Source: an uncultured delta proteobacterium (lineage in GTDB: Bacteria > Desulfobacterota > Binatia > UBA9968). From it: a stretch of 64,000 nucleotides of DNA. Location: contig CAWJBB010000058.1 of the NCBI GenBank assembly GCA_963840855.1, positions 1 to 64,000 of the forward strand. The letters run 5' to 3'. The position numbers were made by a program, and so were the translations under genes. Numbering within the stretch: position 1 is the stretch's first letter; every line of letters starts with the position of its first letter. This document shows, piece after piece, positions 10,220 to 19,836 of the stretch. Below the pieces are notes generated by a model. That model did no database searches. It worked only from the letters and a program-made list of their open reading frames with translations, and was not told the origin of the DNA.

Positions 10220-10600
10220 CTAACTTCTTCTGTTGGCGAGCACTCGTTCTACTTCCCCGAGAAAATCCTTCAAGCCGATCGGCTTAGTCTGGTAGCCGTC
10301 GAAACCTTCGGCCAGCATCGTTTGTCTGTTGTGCGTCATCGCCGAAGCCGTAATTGCAATGGTCGGGATGCTCTTCGTCACGGGGTCGGCCCGGAGTTGC
10401 TTGAGCGCCGTGATACCGTCCATACCGGGGAGCTGGATGTCCATGAGAATTAGGGCGGGAGATTCGCTGCGCGCGAGATCGAGCCCGCCCTCGGCCGTTT
10501 CACTTTCGATAGTCTTGTAGCCCTTGACTTGAAGCACGTCACGAGCCAGCTTGCGGTTCTTCTCGTTGTCTTCGATGATAAGAATCAGCTCTCCAGCCAC
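10220..10600 (-). CDS. Single-domain response regulator (DivK-like)
   Basis: ILIIEDN, LILMDIQLPGMDG, AITASAM, TKPI. Confidence 0.92.
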   Translation of the reverse strand: MAGELILIIEDNEKNRKLARDVLQVKGYKTIESETAEGGLDLARSESPALILMDIQLPGMDGITALKQLRADPVTKSIPTIAITASAMTHNRQTMLAEGFDGYQTKPIGLKDFLGEVERVLANRRS

Positions 10601-10665
10601 CTAGTTCTCCTTTTCCATCGTCACCTAGCGTGAAGCAGCTGTGCGCCGATGGTTTGATTTTCTTT

Positions 10666-11087
10666 ACCACGAAGGGCACGAAGGACACGAAGGTTTAAAG
10701 AACAAATCTCCTGACTCCCTGTCTTAACACCTCAACGTTAAAATTAATCAACAAGCCGATACTTACCCCTGTGAGTTCATGTACGTCAGACTTGTGCCTC
10801 ATGAATCTTAGCTGCTCGCGCTCTTCAATCCAATCAACCGTCATCTGCCAACAGGTCAATACGGTATCCGCAATCAGCATCTGTTTGTACTAACGGGCAG
10901 TCCAACTGAGCTTAAACGGATTTTGCCCGGTTCAGCTCATAAGCCAGCATTGCTCGTAAGTCGATTCGAGCAATCCGGCCCAAGCTCCCGTGCACCTCGA
11001 TTGCACAACCGAGGACCTTGTTTGATAATTCATCAAACTTCACTTCCGTCTTTGTCTTCCCTTCGTGCTCTTCGTGTCCTTCGTGGT
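10666..11087. mobile_element. GxxExxY element bounded by 27-bp inverted repeats made of three 9-mers
   Basis: Left ACCACGAAGGGCACGAAGGACACGAAG (10666-10692); right CTTCGTGCTCTTCGTGTCCTTCGTGGT (11061-11087). Confidence 0.65.
10695..11043 (-). pseudogene. Degenerate GxxExxY protein (PD-(D/E)xK-like)
   Basis: Across frames: FDELSNKVLGCAIEVH..LG(P)GLLESTYEQC(L)AYEL...GYRIDLL...GLLINFNVEVLRQGVRRFVL; several indels and internal deletions. Confidence 0.85.
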
Positions 11088-11118
11088 GATGATTTCTTCT
11101 CAATAGCGGCCGCCACGG

Positions 11119-14100
11119 TTATTGCAACGGTAGCGTGAACGTGAACTTGCTCCCTTTGCCGACTTCGCTTTCCACCCAGATCTTGCCGCCGTGCACTTCG
11201 ACAAACTTTCTGGTCAACGTTAAACCTAGCCCTGTGCCCTCGCGCTTGTGCGCGTAATTGCTGCCGACCTGGCGAAATTCTTCAAAAATCGCCTCCTGGT
11301 CTTCCGTTGCGATGCCGATGCCGGTGTCGGTGACGGAAACGAATACCGCGCTGTCACCTAATCTAGCCTCGACCCTTATCTGCCCGCCTTCCGGCGTGAA
11401 CTTCACGGCGTTAGACAGCAGGTTGACCAAAATCTGTTTCACTTTGCGCTCGTCCCCGGTAAAGTCGCCGAGCCGGTCGTCGATGACCTGATTCAGCCTA
11501 ATGCCGTGGCGGCTGGCGCGTTCGCGAATGAGGGTAAGCGCGTTCTCGATAGCGTCCGGCAGGTGGAATGTCGTCGCTTCCAACTCCATGCGGCCGGCCT
11601 CGATCTTGGAAAGATCGAGGATATCGTTGATGAGCGAGAGCAGATGGCGTCCGGAGGATAAGATATCCTCCGTGTACTCAGCCTGTTTTTCGTTTAGCTC
11701 TCCGAACATCTTCTCCCCCAAGACTTCGGAGAAGCCGATGATAGCATTTAGCGGCGTGCGCAGCTCGTGCGATACGTTGGCGAGAAACTCCGATTTGTGA
11801 CGATTAGCGGCCTCGATCTGTCGGCCTTTCTCCTCAATTTCGCGAAACAGCCGCGCGTTTTGAATCGCCAAGACCGACTGGGTGGCGAAGGTCCGAAGGA
11901 GATTCACAATCTCTGGCGCGAAGCTGCCGGTTTCACGCCGGTAAATCGTCAATGCACCCATGATTTTCTGCTCGAGAAGAAGCGGGACGGCGAGAAGTGA
12001 TTGATAGCCGAGCCGCGATAAAATCGGACGCATCCCTCTGGTAGCAAACTCGTGTTCTTGCCGCAGGTCGGCTATTTGGTACGGTAATCTCGTTTCCGCC
12101 GCTCGACCGGTGGCCCCTTGTCCGAGCCGGAGCGGAGTTGCATGATAGGCGTTGACTAGCTCCTCTTCCATCTGGTAGCTGGCCCGGAGATGAAACTCTT
12201 GCGTGGGCTCATCATATTCATAGATGATACCGCAATCGGTTCCGGAAAGCTGAACCGCATGGCGCACGATGGTGCTGAGGACGGTCTGGAGATCCAAGGT
12301 TGAACTGACCGCCTGACCGACGTCGCCGAGCGCTTTCAGTTCTTCCACCGACTTTCCGAGCTCTCGAGTTCGTTCTTGTAGTTCCTGGAACAAGCGGACG
12401 TTTTCAATGGCGATCACGGCTTGGTCGGCGAAGGTTTTGAGAAGCGCGATCTGCGCCGGGGTAAAGGGGCGCACCTCCATGCGTCGCGCTTCCAACTCGC
12501 CAATGAATTCCTCTTGCAAACGAAGGGGAGTGGACAAATAGCTGCGGAATCCGCTGGAGACACCCAATCCGGGAAACTCGTTCTGTGCGGCGCGGGCATC
12601 GGTAACGTGGAGCGTGCCATGCTCGCGTATCCAGCGAAACCATGGCCCGTTAATACTCATCTCGACCCGCCCAGGGGGTATGGGTATCGGACCAAAATGA
12701 GCCCGGGCAACCATACTTTCCCCCTCCTGTAGTCTCAGCATTACATCGTCAACTCCACAAACCCGAGCGGCACTCTCGACGATGGCGTCGAGAACCGGCT
12801 GCACGTCCGTCGGCGAGCGGCTGATGATGCCTAACACCTCAGCCGTCGCTGTTTGGTGCTCTAGGGCCTCGTGCAATTCCACGTTGCGCTCCTGGATTTC
12901 CTTGAACAACCGGACGTTTTCAATTGCGATTACGGCTTGGTCGGCGAAGGTTTTGAGCAGGGCGATCTGCTTGTCGGTGAAGGGACGGACCTCCCTGCGA
13001 CGCATATGAATCGAGCCAATAGGAACATCTTCACGCATCAGTGGTACAGCCAATACGGTCCGAATGCTTACTCGTAAATCACTGGGACGAGTCTCTGGAA
13101 ATTCTGTCTCAGGCAGAGAGAGTGCATCCTCTATATGGATTATTTGACGGTCTACCACCGCCCGCCCCCCGGGCGATCGCCGGTCGAGCGGTCTTACCGC
13201 CGCGACATCCGGTACGGATCCGTAGTGTGCCGCGGTTCGGAGAATGTTTCCCTCGACCAGTCTGATCACCGCGTCACTAGCACCACAAACATTTGCGGCA
13301 CTTTCCGCGATGGTGTCCATCACTGGTTGGATTTCGGTCGGCGAACTGGCGATAACACCCAAAATCTCACTGGTGGCAGTCTGCTGCTCCAGCGATTCCT
13401 TGAGCTCTTGGAATAACCGCACATTTTCAATGGCGATGACCGCCTGGTCCGCAAAGGTTTCGAGGAGTTTGATCTGCGCCGGGGTGAAGGGGCGCACCTC
13501 CATGCGACGCGCGTTCAGCGATCCAATGACCTCGTCTTGGTGGCGAAGGGGAGCTGCTAAAAAGGTAAGAAACCTGCTGTGAGAGCCCAAAGTTGGGAAA
13601 TCTTTTCTCTGCGCAGCTACATCGGGAATATGGAGCGTACCATGCGCAAATACCCAGTGATATTCCGGTTCATCGATACTGATGTGGGCGGGGGGCATCA
13701 CCATGGGCCCACAGTGAGCCCGCAAAACCATAACGTTCCCTTCACGGAGCCTCAGCACCACGTCATCGATCCCGCAAACCCGCGCCGCGCTCTCGACGAT
13801 GGCGTCGACGACCGGCTGCACGTCAGTCGGCGAGCGGCTGATGATGCCGAGCACCTCGGCGGTTGCAGTCTGATGCTCCAGGGCTTCGCGCAGTTCTGCG
13901 TTGCGCTCCTGGAGTTCCTTGAATAGCCGCACGTTCTCGATGGCGATCACGGCCTGATCGGCAAACGTCTTAAGAAGCGCAATTTGCTTCCCGGTAAAGG
14001 GTCGAACCTCGGTGCGACGAATATGAATCGCCCCGATGGCAATTCCCTCGCGCAGTAACGGCGTGGCAAGTACGGTTCGAGCACCTGAGACTAGTGTTCT

Positions 14101-15579
14101 CGTCTTGGCGTCTGGGAACTCGGTTTCGAGCTCTGCGGCAACATCATGGACGTGGATCGCTTTTCTGTTCGACCACGGATCGGCCGGTCGGCCAACCACG
14201 ATTCAGCGGCCGGTGGTGCTCCACCAGTGGCACTGGTCCATAATGGGCCACTGACTGCAAACTTTCGCCGTCAGTACGCCAAATAGCCGCGTCGGTCGCA
14301 TCACACAACCGCGCCGCGTTTTCAGCGACCACATCCAGCACCGCCTGGATGTCCGTTGGCGAGCTAGCGATCACGCGGAGGATCTCGCTCGTGGCCGTCT
14401 GCTGCTCCAAAGCTTCAGTCAGGGCGCGGTTGCGATCCTCCAATTCTTTGAATAATCGCACATTCTCGATCGCAATGACCGCCTGGTCGGCGAAGGTCTC
14501 CATGAGATCGATCTGGCGCTCACTGAACGGCTTGACTTCGTGCCTGTGGAGGGCGAACACGCCTAGGAGTTCGTCCCCCTTCAGCATCGGGATTCCGAGC
14601 ACGGTCCGGAATCCCTCGGCGACCTGACGGGCCGGCTGCTCGTAGTCAGGATCGGCGAACACGTCGTGGATGTGCACGGTCCGGCGCTCCAACGCAGTCC
14701 TACCAGTAGCCGACCCCCGCCCGAGGGAGGGCGGGTGTCGCGTGACAAACTCCACGAACTCGTCCGAATGGCCGTAGTTCGCCGCTAGCCTGAATACTTC
14801 GCTGTCCCAGCGGAAGATCACCCCACGATCCGCGCCGCCCAGTGTGACGGCGTTCTCGACCAGCGTGTCAAGCACCGGCTGGATGTCCGTGGGTGAACTA
14901 GCGATCACACGAAGAACTTCACTCGTGGCGGTCTGCTGCTCCAAGGCTTCTGTTAGCCCTTGGAACAGCCGGACATTTTCTATGGCGATCACGGCCTGGT
15001 CGGCGAAGGTCTTGAGAAGGGTGATCTGTTTGTCAGTAAAGGGACTTACTTCCATTCGGCGGATTGAGATAACTCCGAGTGGTGAATCTTCACGCATTAG
15101 CGGGTACGTGCAACACGGTTCGGAGACCCAATCGTTCATGATCAGCTTGAGCGTCCGGAAACTCCACACCTGACAACGCAAGCAAATCCTCGATGTGGAT
15201 TATTTGTCGGTCGACAACCGCCCGTCCACTGGCTGACTGACGGTCAATCGTTCGCTCGGGCACTGCTTCGGGGACTGGGCCATAGTGGGCCACCACTCGG
15301 AGAACATTTCCACTAATGAGTCGAACTCATCGCATCGTATGAACCGCATATCCGCGCAGCATTCTCTGCGACCACGTTTAGCACCGGCTGCACATCCGTC
15401 GGCGAGCCGGCGATCACGCGCAGAATTTCGCTCGTCGCGGCCTGTTGCTCCAAAGCGTCGGCGAGTTCACGCTTCAATGTCCGAATATTTTGCCCTTGCT
15501 TGGCCTGCGACTTTTTCGCGGCTGGGCGGCGCGGCTTTGCCGCTGCATTCTTGGAGCCTTTTTTGGTGGTCGCTGCCAT
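11119..15579 (-). CDS. Soluble histidine kinase with seven tandem GAF domains (frameshifted)
   Basis: Six [16 protein letters not shown] repeats plus one [15 protein letters not shown]; [30 protein letters not shown]; split over four ORFs. Confidence 0.9.
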
Positions 15580-15783
15580 AAACAAAGACCAAGATGGGGA
15601 GATCTGCCGCGGGGGCGAGTTAAAGACGTGGGCGATCGATTCGAACCATGTTAAATAGCGCGCCCGGTGGCTGAGCTGTCTTTTACGCTAGTTGGCTACT
15701 GAGCGTCAAGGAAAGGTTGGGGATAGGTGGCGAAATACAGTAAGCGTACCGCGTGAGGTGTTGGGCGATTGGAGGCAAGGGTC

Positions 15784-15866
15784 TCGCGCAAGGACGCAAA
15801 GATCGCCAGGGAAATCAAATACGAAACCAACCAACTCTTACCTTTGCGCCTTGGCGTCTTGGCGGG
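15784..15866. repeat. Empty triple 9-mer inverted element
   Basis: CGCAAGGACGCAAAGATCGCCAGG...CTTTGCGCCTTGGCGTCTTGGCG. Confidence 0.7.
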
Positions 15867-15937
15867 AGACAATTCGAATCCGGAAAAGAACATTCGCGTG
15901 CAAAGGCGCAGAGGCCGTTAAGGTAAACCCAAAAAAA

Positions 15938-15964
15938 TAGGGGCACGGCGTGCCGTGCCCCTAC
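15938..15964. repeat. GTAG-type REP palindrome
   Basis: TAGGGGCACGGCGTGCCGTGCCCCTAC. Confidence 0.75.
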
Positions 15965-15992
15965 CCTGTTGCAACCACGCAGCCACAATGAA

Positions 15993-17105
15993 TTAGTGAT
16001 GCGCGGCCTGACCCTCCAGCGCCAAATTGACGTAGTGGTGCGACTTGGAAACCGGCCCGATGCCTTTAATAATAGTCGTCCAGTGCTCGCCTTCGTCGTC
16101 GCTGTAAAACACATCGCCGTCCGTCGTACCGGCGAACATCGCGTAACCGCCGTTCCACGCGTCCATCGCCATGGCTTCGATGTTAGCGCGGATATGTTCC
16201 GGCAGGCCGCCGCTCAGGATATCCCAGGTCTTGCCGCCGTCGCGGCTGCGCGCCACGCGGGCATCCGCGGTGTGAAGATTTCTCCAGGTGCCCGGCCCGG
16301 TCTTGGCGCCGGCGACGAACAATAGATTTGGATCCTTCGGATGGACGAAGAACGGATCGACGTAACCGATTCTAAAATCCCTTGGCGTCATGCTCTTCCA
16401 GCTTGCGCCGCCGTCGCTGCTGACGCAGAACCCCGCAGCCGTTTCCGGGCCGCAATTGGTCGTCGGCGCGGTGCCGTAGAGTTTACTCGGATCGTTGGTG
16501 GGAATGAGCACGCGATGCGCGTCGGGATTGATGTTGTCCTGGGTCGTCCAAGTCTTGCCGCCATCCGTGCTGCGCAGAAAACCGCCGACTTCCACGGCCA
16601 CGTGGATGATGTCCGGATTGGACGGATGAAAAGTGATGCTCTTGACATGGGCCAGATGGGGTGGACCGGGGAAAGTCCACTTCTCGACGCCAGGCACCTG
16701 GCGCAGCCCCGGCAGCTCCGTCCAGCTCTTGCCGAGATCGTCGCTATAATAGAGATGCGCCGGCTGCGTTCCCGCATACACCCGCGGCTTGCCGTTTACG
16801 ATTTGGCTGGCCAGCGAATAGATCTCCTTTTCGCCGATGCCGCTGTCGCGCCTCTCCCAGGTTTTGCCTAAGTCCGTGCTGGCAAAAATCTCACAGCTGT
16901 AGGTGCCTCCGAAAAGCGTCTTGGTGGTAGGCTCGAAGATAATCGAGCTGAAATGCTTTCCGGGAATCATCGTGTCTTGCTGTTCCCAGGAGCTACCGCG
17001 CTTTTGAAACGAAAAAATTCCCTCGGCCGTGCCGACGAGCAGTTTCTCTTGCTGCGACTCACCATTGGTCAGTAACTGACCTCCAGGCGATAGACATACA
17101 AACAT
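15993..17105 (-). CDS. BNR/Asp-box beta-propeller protein (Ycf48/sialidase-like fold)
   Basis: Repeated S.D.GK.W Asp-boxes (STDLGKTW, SDDLGKSW, STDGGKTW, SRDGGKTW); WTFPGPPH; AGGAGG RBS. Confidence 0.85.
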   Translation of the reverse strand: MFVCLSPGGQLLTNGESQQEKLLVGTAEGIFSFQKRGSSWEQQDTMIPGKHFSSIIFEPTTKTLFGGTYSCEIFASTDLGKTWERRDSGIGEKEIYSLASQIVNGKPRVYAGTQPAHLYYSDDLGKSWTELPGLRQVPGVEKWTFPGPPHLAHVKSITFHPSNPDIIHVAVEVGGFLRSTDGGKTWTTQDNINPDAHRVLIPTNDPSKLYGTAPTTNCGPETAAGFCVSSDGGASWKSMTPRDFRIGYVDPFFVHPKDPNLLFVAGAKTGPGTWRNLHTADARVARSRDGGKTWDILSGGLPEHIRANIEAMAMDAWNGGYAMFAGTTDGDVFYSDDEGEHWTTIIKGIGPVSKSHHYVNLALEGQAAHH

Positions 17106-17299
17106 GATTTGCCTCCTTCCCTGTTTAAGAGCCGTTTGTGTTTGGTTCAAGCGCTTTGGCATCTAATCTACTCAAGGTCACACTCGGTCGTCAAGGCAAA
17201 GCGTATGGCTTTGCTTTTGCTGATTTTGATCGGTTCAAGCTTTCCTTGACGGCCTCATTCTTTTCACAGTAAGGTCACCGAAGCGAATGGAGAACGACT

Positions 17300-18295
17300 A
17301 TGACTCCGACGGATACGGCCGCCGAATTAAACTTCCACGCCTCGGGATTCATCGTCAAAGTGCAAGGCTCGTGGACCGACGGCGCGTTGCAGCAATTTCG
17401 CCACTTTCTAAACCTGCGCCGAATTTTTTCCTCTGACGATGAGGTGCTCGGAGCGTTGCAGAGGGCGAAGGCAAAATATCTTGCCGGTGCCGCGCATCTC
17501 TTTGTTTGTACCGCCGAGCCCTGTCGCGGCAAGATATCTTTCGACGCTTCGGACGCGGGTCTGGCGAGGGCATGCCAACAAACGGGAGTTGCGATATCGA
17601 CCACGGGCTGCCAGGGGCCCTGCAAACAAGCGCCCGTTGTGTCGCTTCGCATCGGCGAGCGGAGTGAGGTGTTGGCTGAAGTTGTCTCGCCAAACGATTG
17701 GCGCGCGATTCTCGACTTCGCAAAGCGCGCCGGGGCGGCCAACACGCTGCTCACCGACGCCGGCGCGGCCGAAAAGTTTCGCTTTGACCCGGTTCACGAT
17801 CACGGCAAACCGAGCGCTTGCCTGAAATCTCTGGAATTTCTCCTCGGTCATTTCCGCGGTAAAGGGCAGTACGCGATGGCCGACTATAATTTTCAGAAAG
17901 AGGTCATCGGCACCTTCGAAGCCGGCAGCCGCTTTATCGCTCTGCGCATGGATGCTTCGTATCCGCTCGCTGATGGAAGAAAAGATGTTCATAAGGCCTT
18001 GGTTGTCGTCGGATCTGAAACCTCCTCCGGTGAAATCACGGCGCACGCATACACCGATGGAGGAACCGTGCGGCGGTATGAGGTAAGCAGTGACCAGGGG
18101 GTGTTGTGTTTCGCCGAACAACCGCCGGGCCACGCCGGCCAGTGGAAGCGAGCGCGCAAGATACTAAATCCGACGAGAGACGGTTTTGAAGAGCGTTTGG
18201 AAGTCGACGGCGGCGACGGGAGCTTTGTTCCGTATTACGTTGTTTGCATGCGCCGCGTCGGAGCCCAACCTCAACGTCGCCGCGTCCGCGCTTAA
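17300..18295 (+). CDS. Thioredoxin-like [2Fe-2S] ferredoxin domain fused to a nitrobindin/DUF1579-like beta-barrel
   Basis: FVCTAEPC and TGCQGPCKQAPVV; C-terminal L..LEFLLGHFRGKG barrel signature. Confidence 0.65.
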   Translation: MTPTDTAAELNFHASGFIVKVQGSWTDGALQQFRHFLNLRRIFSSDDEVLGALQRAKAKYLAGAAHLFVCTAEPCRGKISFDASDAGLARACQQTGVAISTTGCQGPCKQAPVVSLRIGERSEVLAEVVSPNDWRAILDFAKRAGAANTLLTDAGAAEKFRFDPVHDHGKPSACLKSLEFLLGHFRGKGQYAMADYNFQKEVIGTFEAGSRFIALRMDASYPLADGRKDVHKALVVVGSETSSGEITAHAYTDGGTVRRYEVSSDQGVLCFAEQPPGHAGQWKRARKILNPTRDGFEERLEVDGGDGSFVPYYVVCMRRVGAQPQRRRVRA

Positions 18296-18371
18296 TTCGC
18301 GGAATCGGGTATTGACACCTTCAGGCAAGGAAACGTATTTTACCGCAACCAAAGCCAGGAGGAGAAATTTC

Positions 18372-19366
18372 ATGAAGCTCACGGCTCAATGTAAGGTTCT
18401 CGTGACAGTTCCGGCGATCTTCTTGGTCATCGCATTTTCACTCGAAACAGCGAGTGCCCAGGTGAAGAATCGTCTGTCCATCGCCACCGGCGGAACCGGC
18501 GGGCGTGTACTATCCGTTGGGCGGCGGACTTGCCGCGCTGATATCGAAGCACCTGCCCGGCGTTGAAGCGACCGCGGAAGTAACCACCGCTTCCGTGGAC
18601 AATATGAAACTTCTGCATGCCGACAGAATCGCTCTGGCGCTCACGCAACCCGATATAGCCTGGGACGCTTACCAGGGAAAAATGAAGGGTTTAAGCGACA
18701 AGGTCGCGGTTCGCGCCATTTCAGCGCTTTACTCGAACTACATGCACATCGTCGCCCTGGACGGGGCTGGCATAAAAACGATCAACGATCTCAAAGGCAA
18801 ACGGGTTTCCACCGGAGCGCCGGGTTCCGGCACCGAGGTGAAAGGTCTGCGCGTCCTCGAAGCCTATGGCATCAGCCCGAAGGACCTCAAAAGCCAGGAT
18901 CGGTTGGGCGCCTCCGAGTCCGCCGCCGCTATGAAGGATCGGAGGATCGACGCTTTTATCTGGGACGGCGGCTTGCCCACGGCGGCGATTCTCGATTTAG
19001 GAGCCACGCCGGGAATCAAAATCCAGCTCGTTCCGCACGGCGATGCCGTCGCGAAGATGGTGAGCCAAATATGGTCCGGTTTATTTCGTCGGCACAATTC
19101 CCAAAGGCACCTACGGGGGAATGGAGACAGATGTGCAGGTCGCAGCGTTGACGAATCTCCTGGCGGTGCATGAGCGCATGGACGAATCGCTGGCCTATCA
19201 GATCACCAAGCTCCTTCTTGAGCGCACGGCGGACCTGGTAGCGGTTCACCAAGCGGCGAAGGAAATCACACTAAAGAGCGCAGTGGTGGGATCACCGGTT
19301 CCTTTTCATCCGGGCGCGCTCCGTTATTACAAGGAAAAGGGCACCAAAGTTCCTGGTGCCAAGTGA
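18372..19366 (+). CDS. TAXI-family TRAP solute-binding subunit (two frameshifts)
   Basis: IATGGTGG(V)YYPLG, SVDN, GAPGSGTE, PFHPGALRYY; split over three ORFs. Confidence 0.9.
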
Positions 19367-19815
19367 TGTCTCATCGCGCCCCACAAGCAGCGGCAGCTTT
19401 GGGGCTGCTGCTGGCACTCGCTCTGGGCAGTCCGGCTGCAGCTCAGAGGGTCTGTCTGACCTTGGACACGGAACGACAGAGGGTCACCTACCCGATCGTT
19501 GCTGGTGACGCTCTCCATTTAAGTTTCCGCCATTCCATTTACGGTTCTGAGGTCGAAGAACAATTTCAAGTTGCTCCAGGCGGCTTTCGGGCAAACAAAC
19601 TGCGCTACGCCGAGCTTCGGCTCGTAGAGTTTTATGGTCACGAGTCGGCGACAAATGAAGACGGTTGGTGGGTGGTCGACAATCCGGGCCGCGAGTTTCC
19701 GACTCTCGATCTCCGGGTAAGCCGCGAGGCATCGATCCGCATCACTTTTTCTGATGAAACTATTTCTCTGCAGAACGACACGCGCGCTCGACGGCCGCGC
19801 TGCGCCTGTCGGTGA
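19366..19815 (+). CDS. DUF1850 protein of TAXI-TRAP operons
   Basis: LSFRHSIYGSEVEEQF motif; lies between TAXI SBP and fused permease; 3' end probably frameshifted. Confidence 0.75.
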   Translation: MSHRAPQAAAALGLLLALALGSPAAAQRVCLTLDTERQRVTYPIVAGDALHLSFRHSIYGSEVEEQFQVAPGGFRANKLRYAELRLVEFYGHESATNEDGWWVVDNPGREFPTLDLRVSREASIRITFSDETISLQNDTRARRPRCACR

Positions 19816-19836
19816 ACGCCTGTCCAGGAGAGAACC

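Noticed and set aside
11119-15579. Diversity-generating retroelement suggested by the internal repeats
   Set aside because: The repeats are GAF domain duplications; no reverse transcriptase and no adenine-specific mismatch pattern noticed.
17206-17221. Sigma-54 promoter TGGC-N7-TTGCT
   Set aside because: Spacing fits but the conserved AC after TGGC is missing and no activator is nearby; could be chance.
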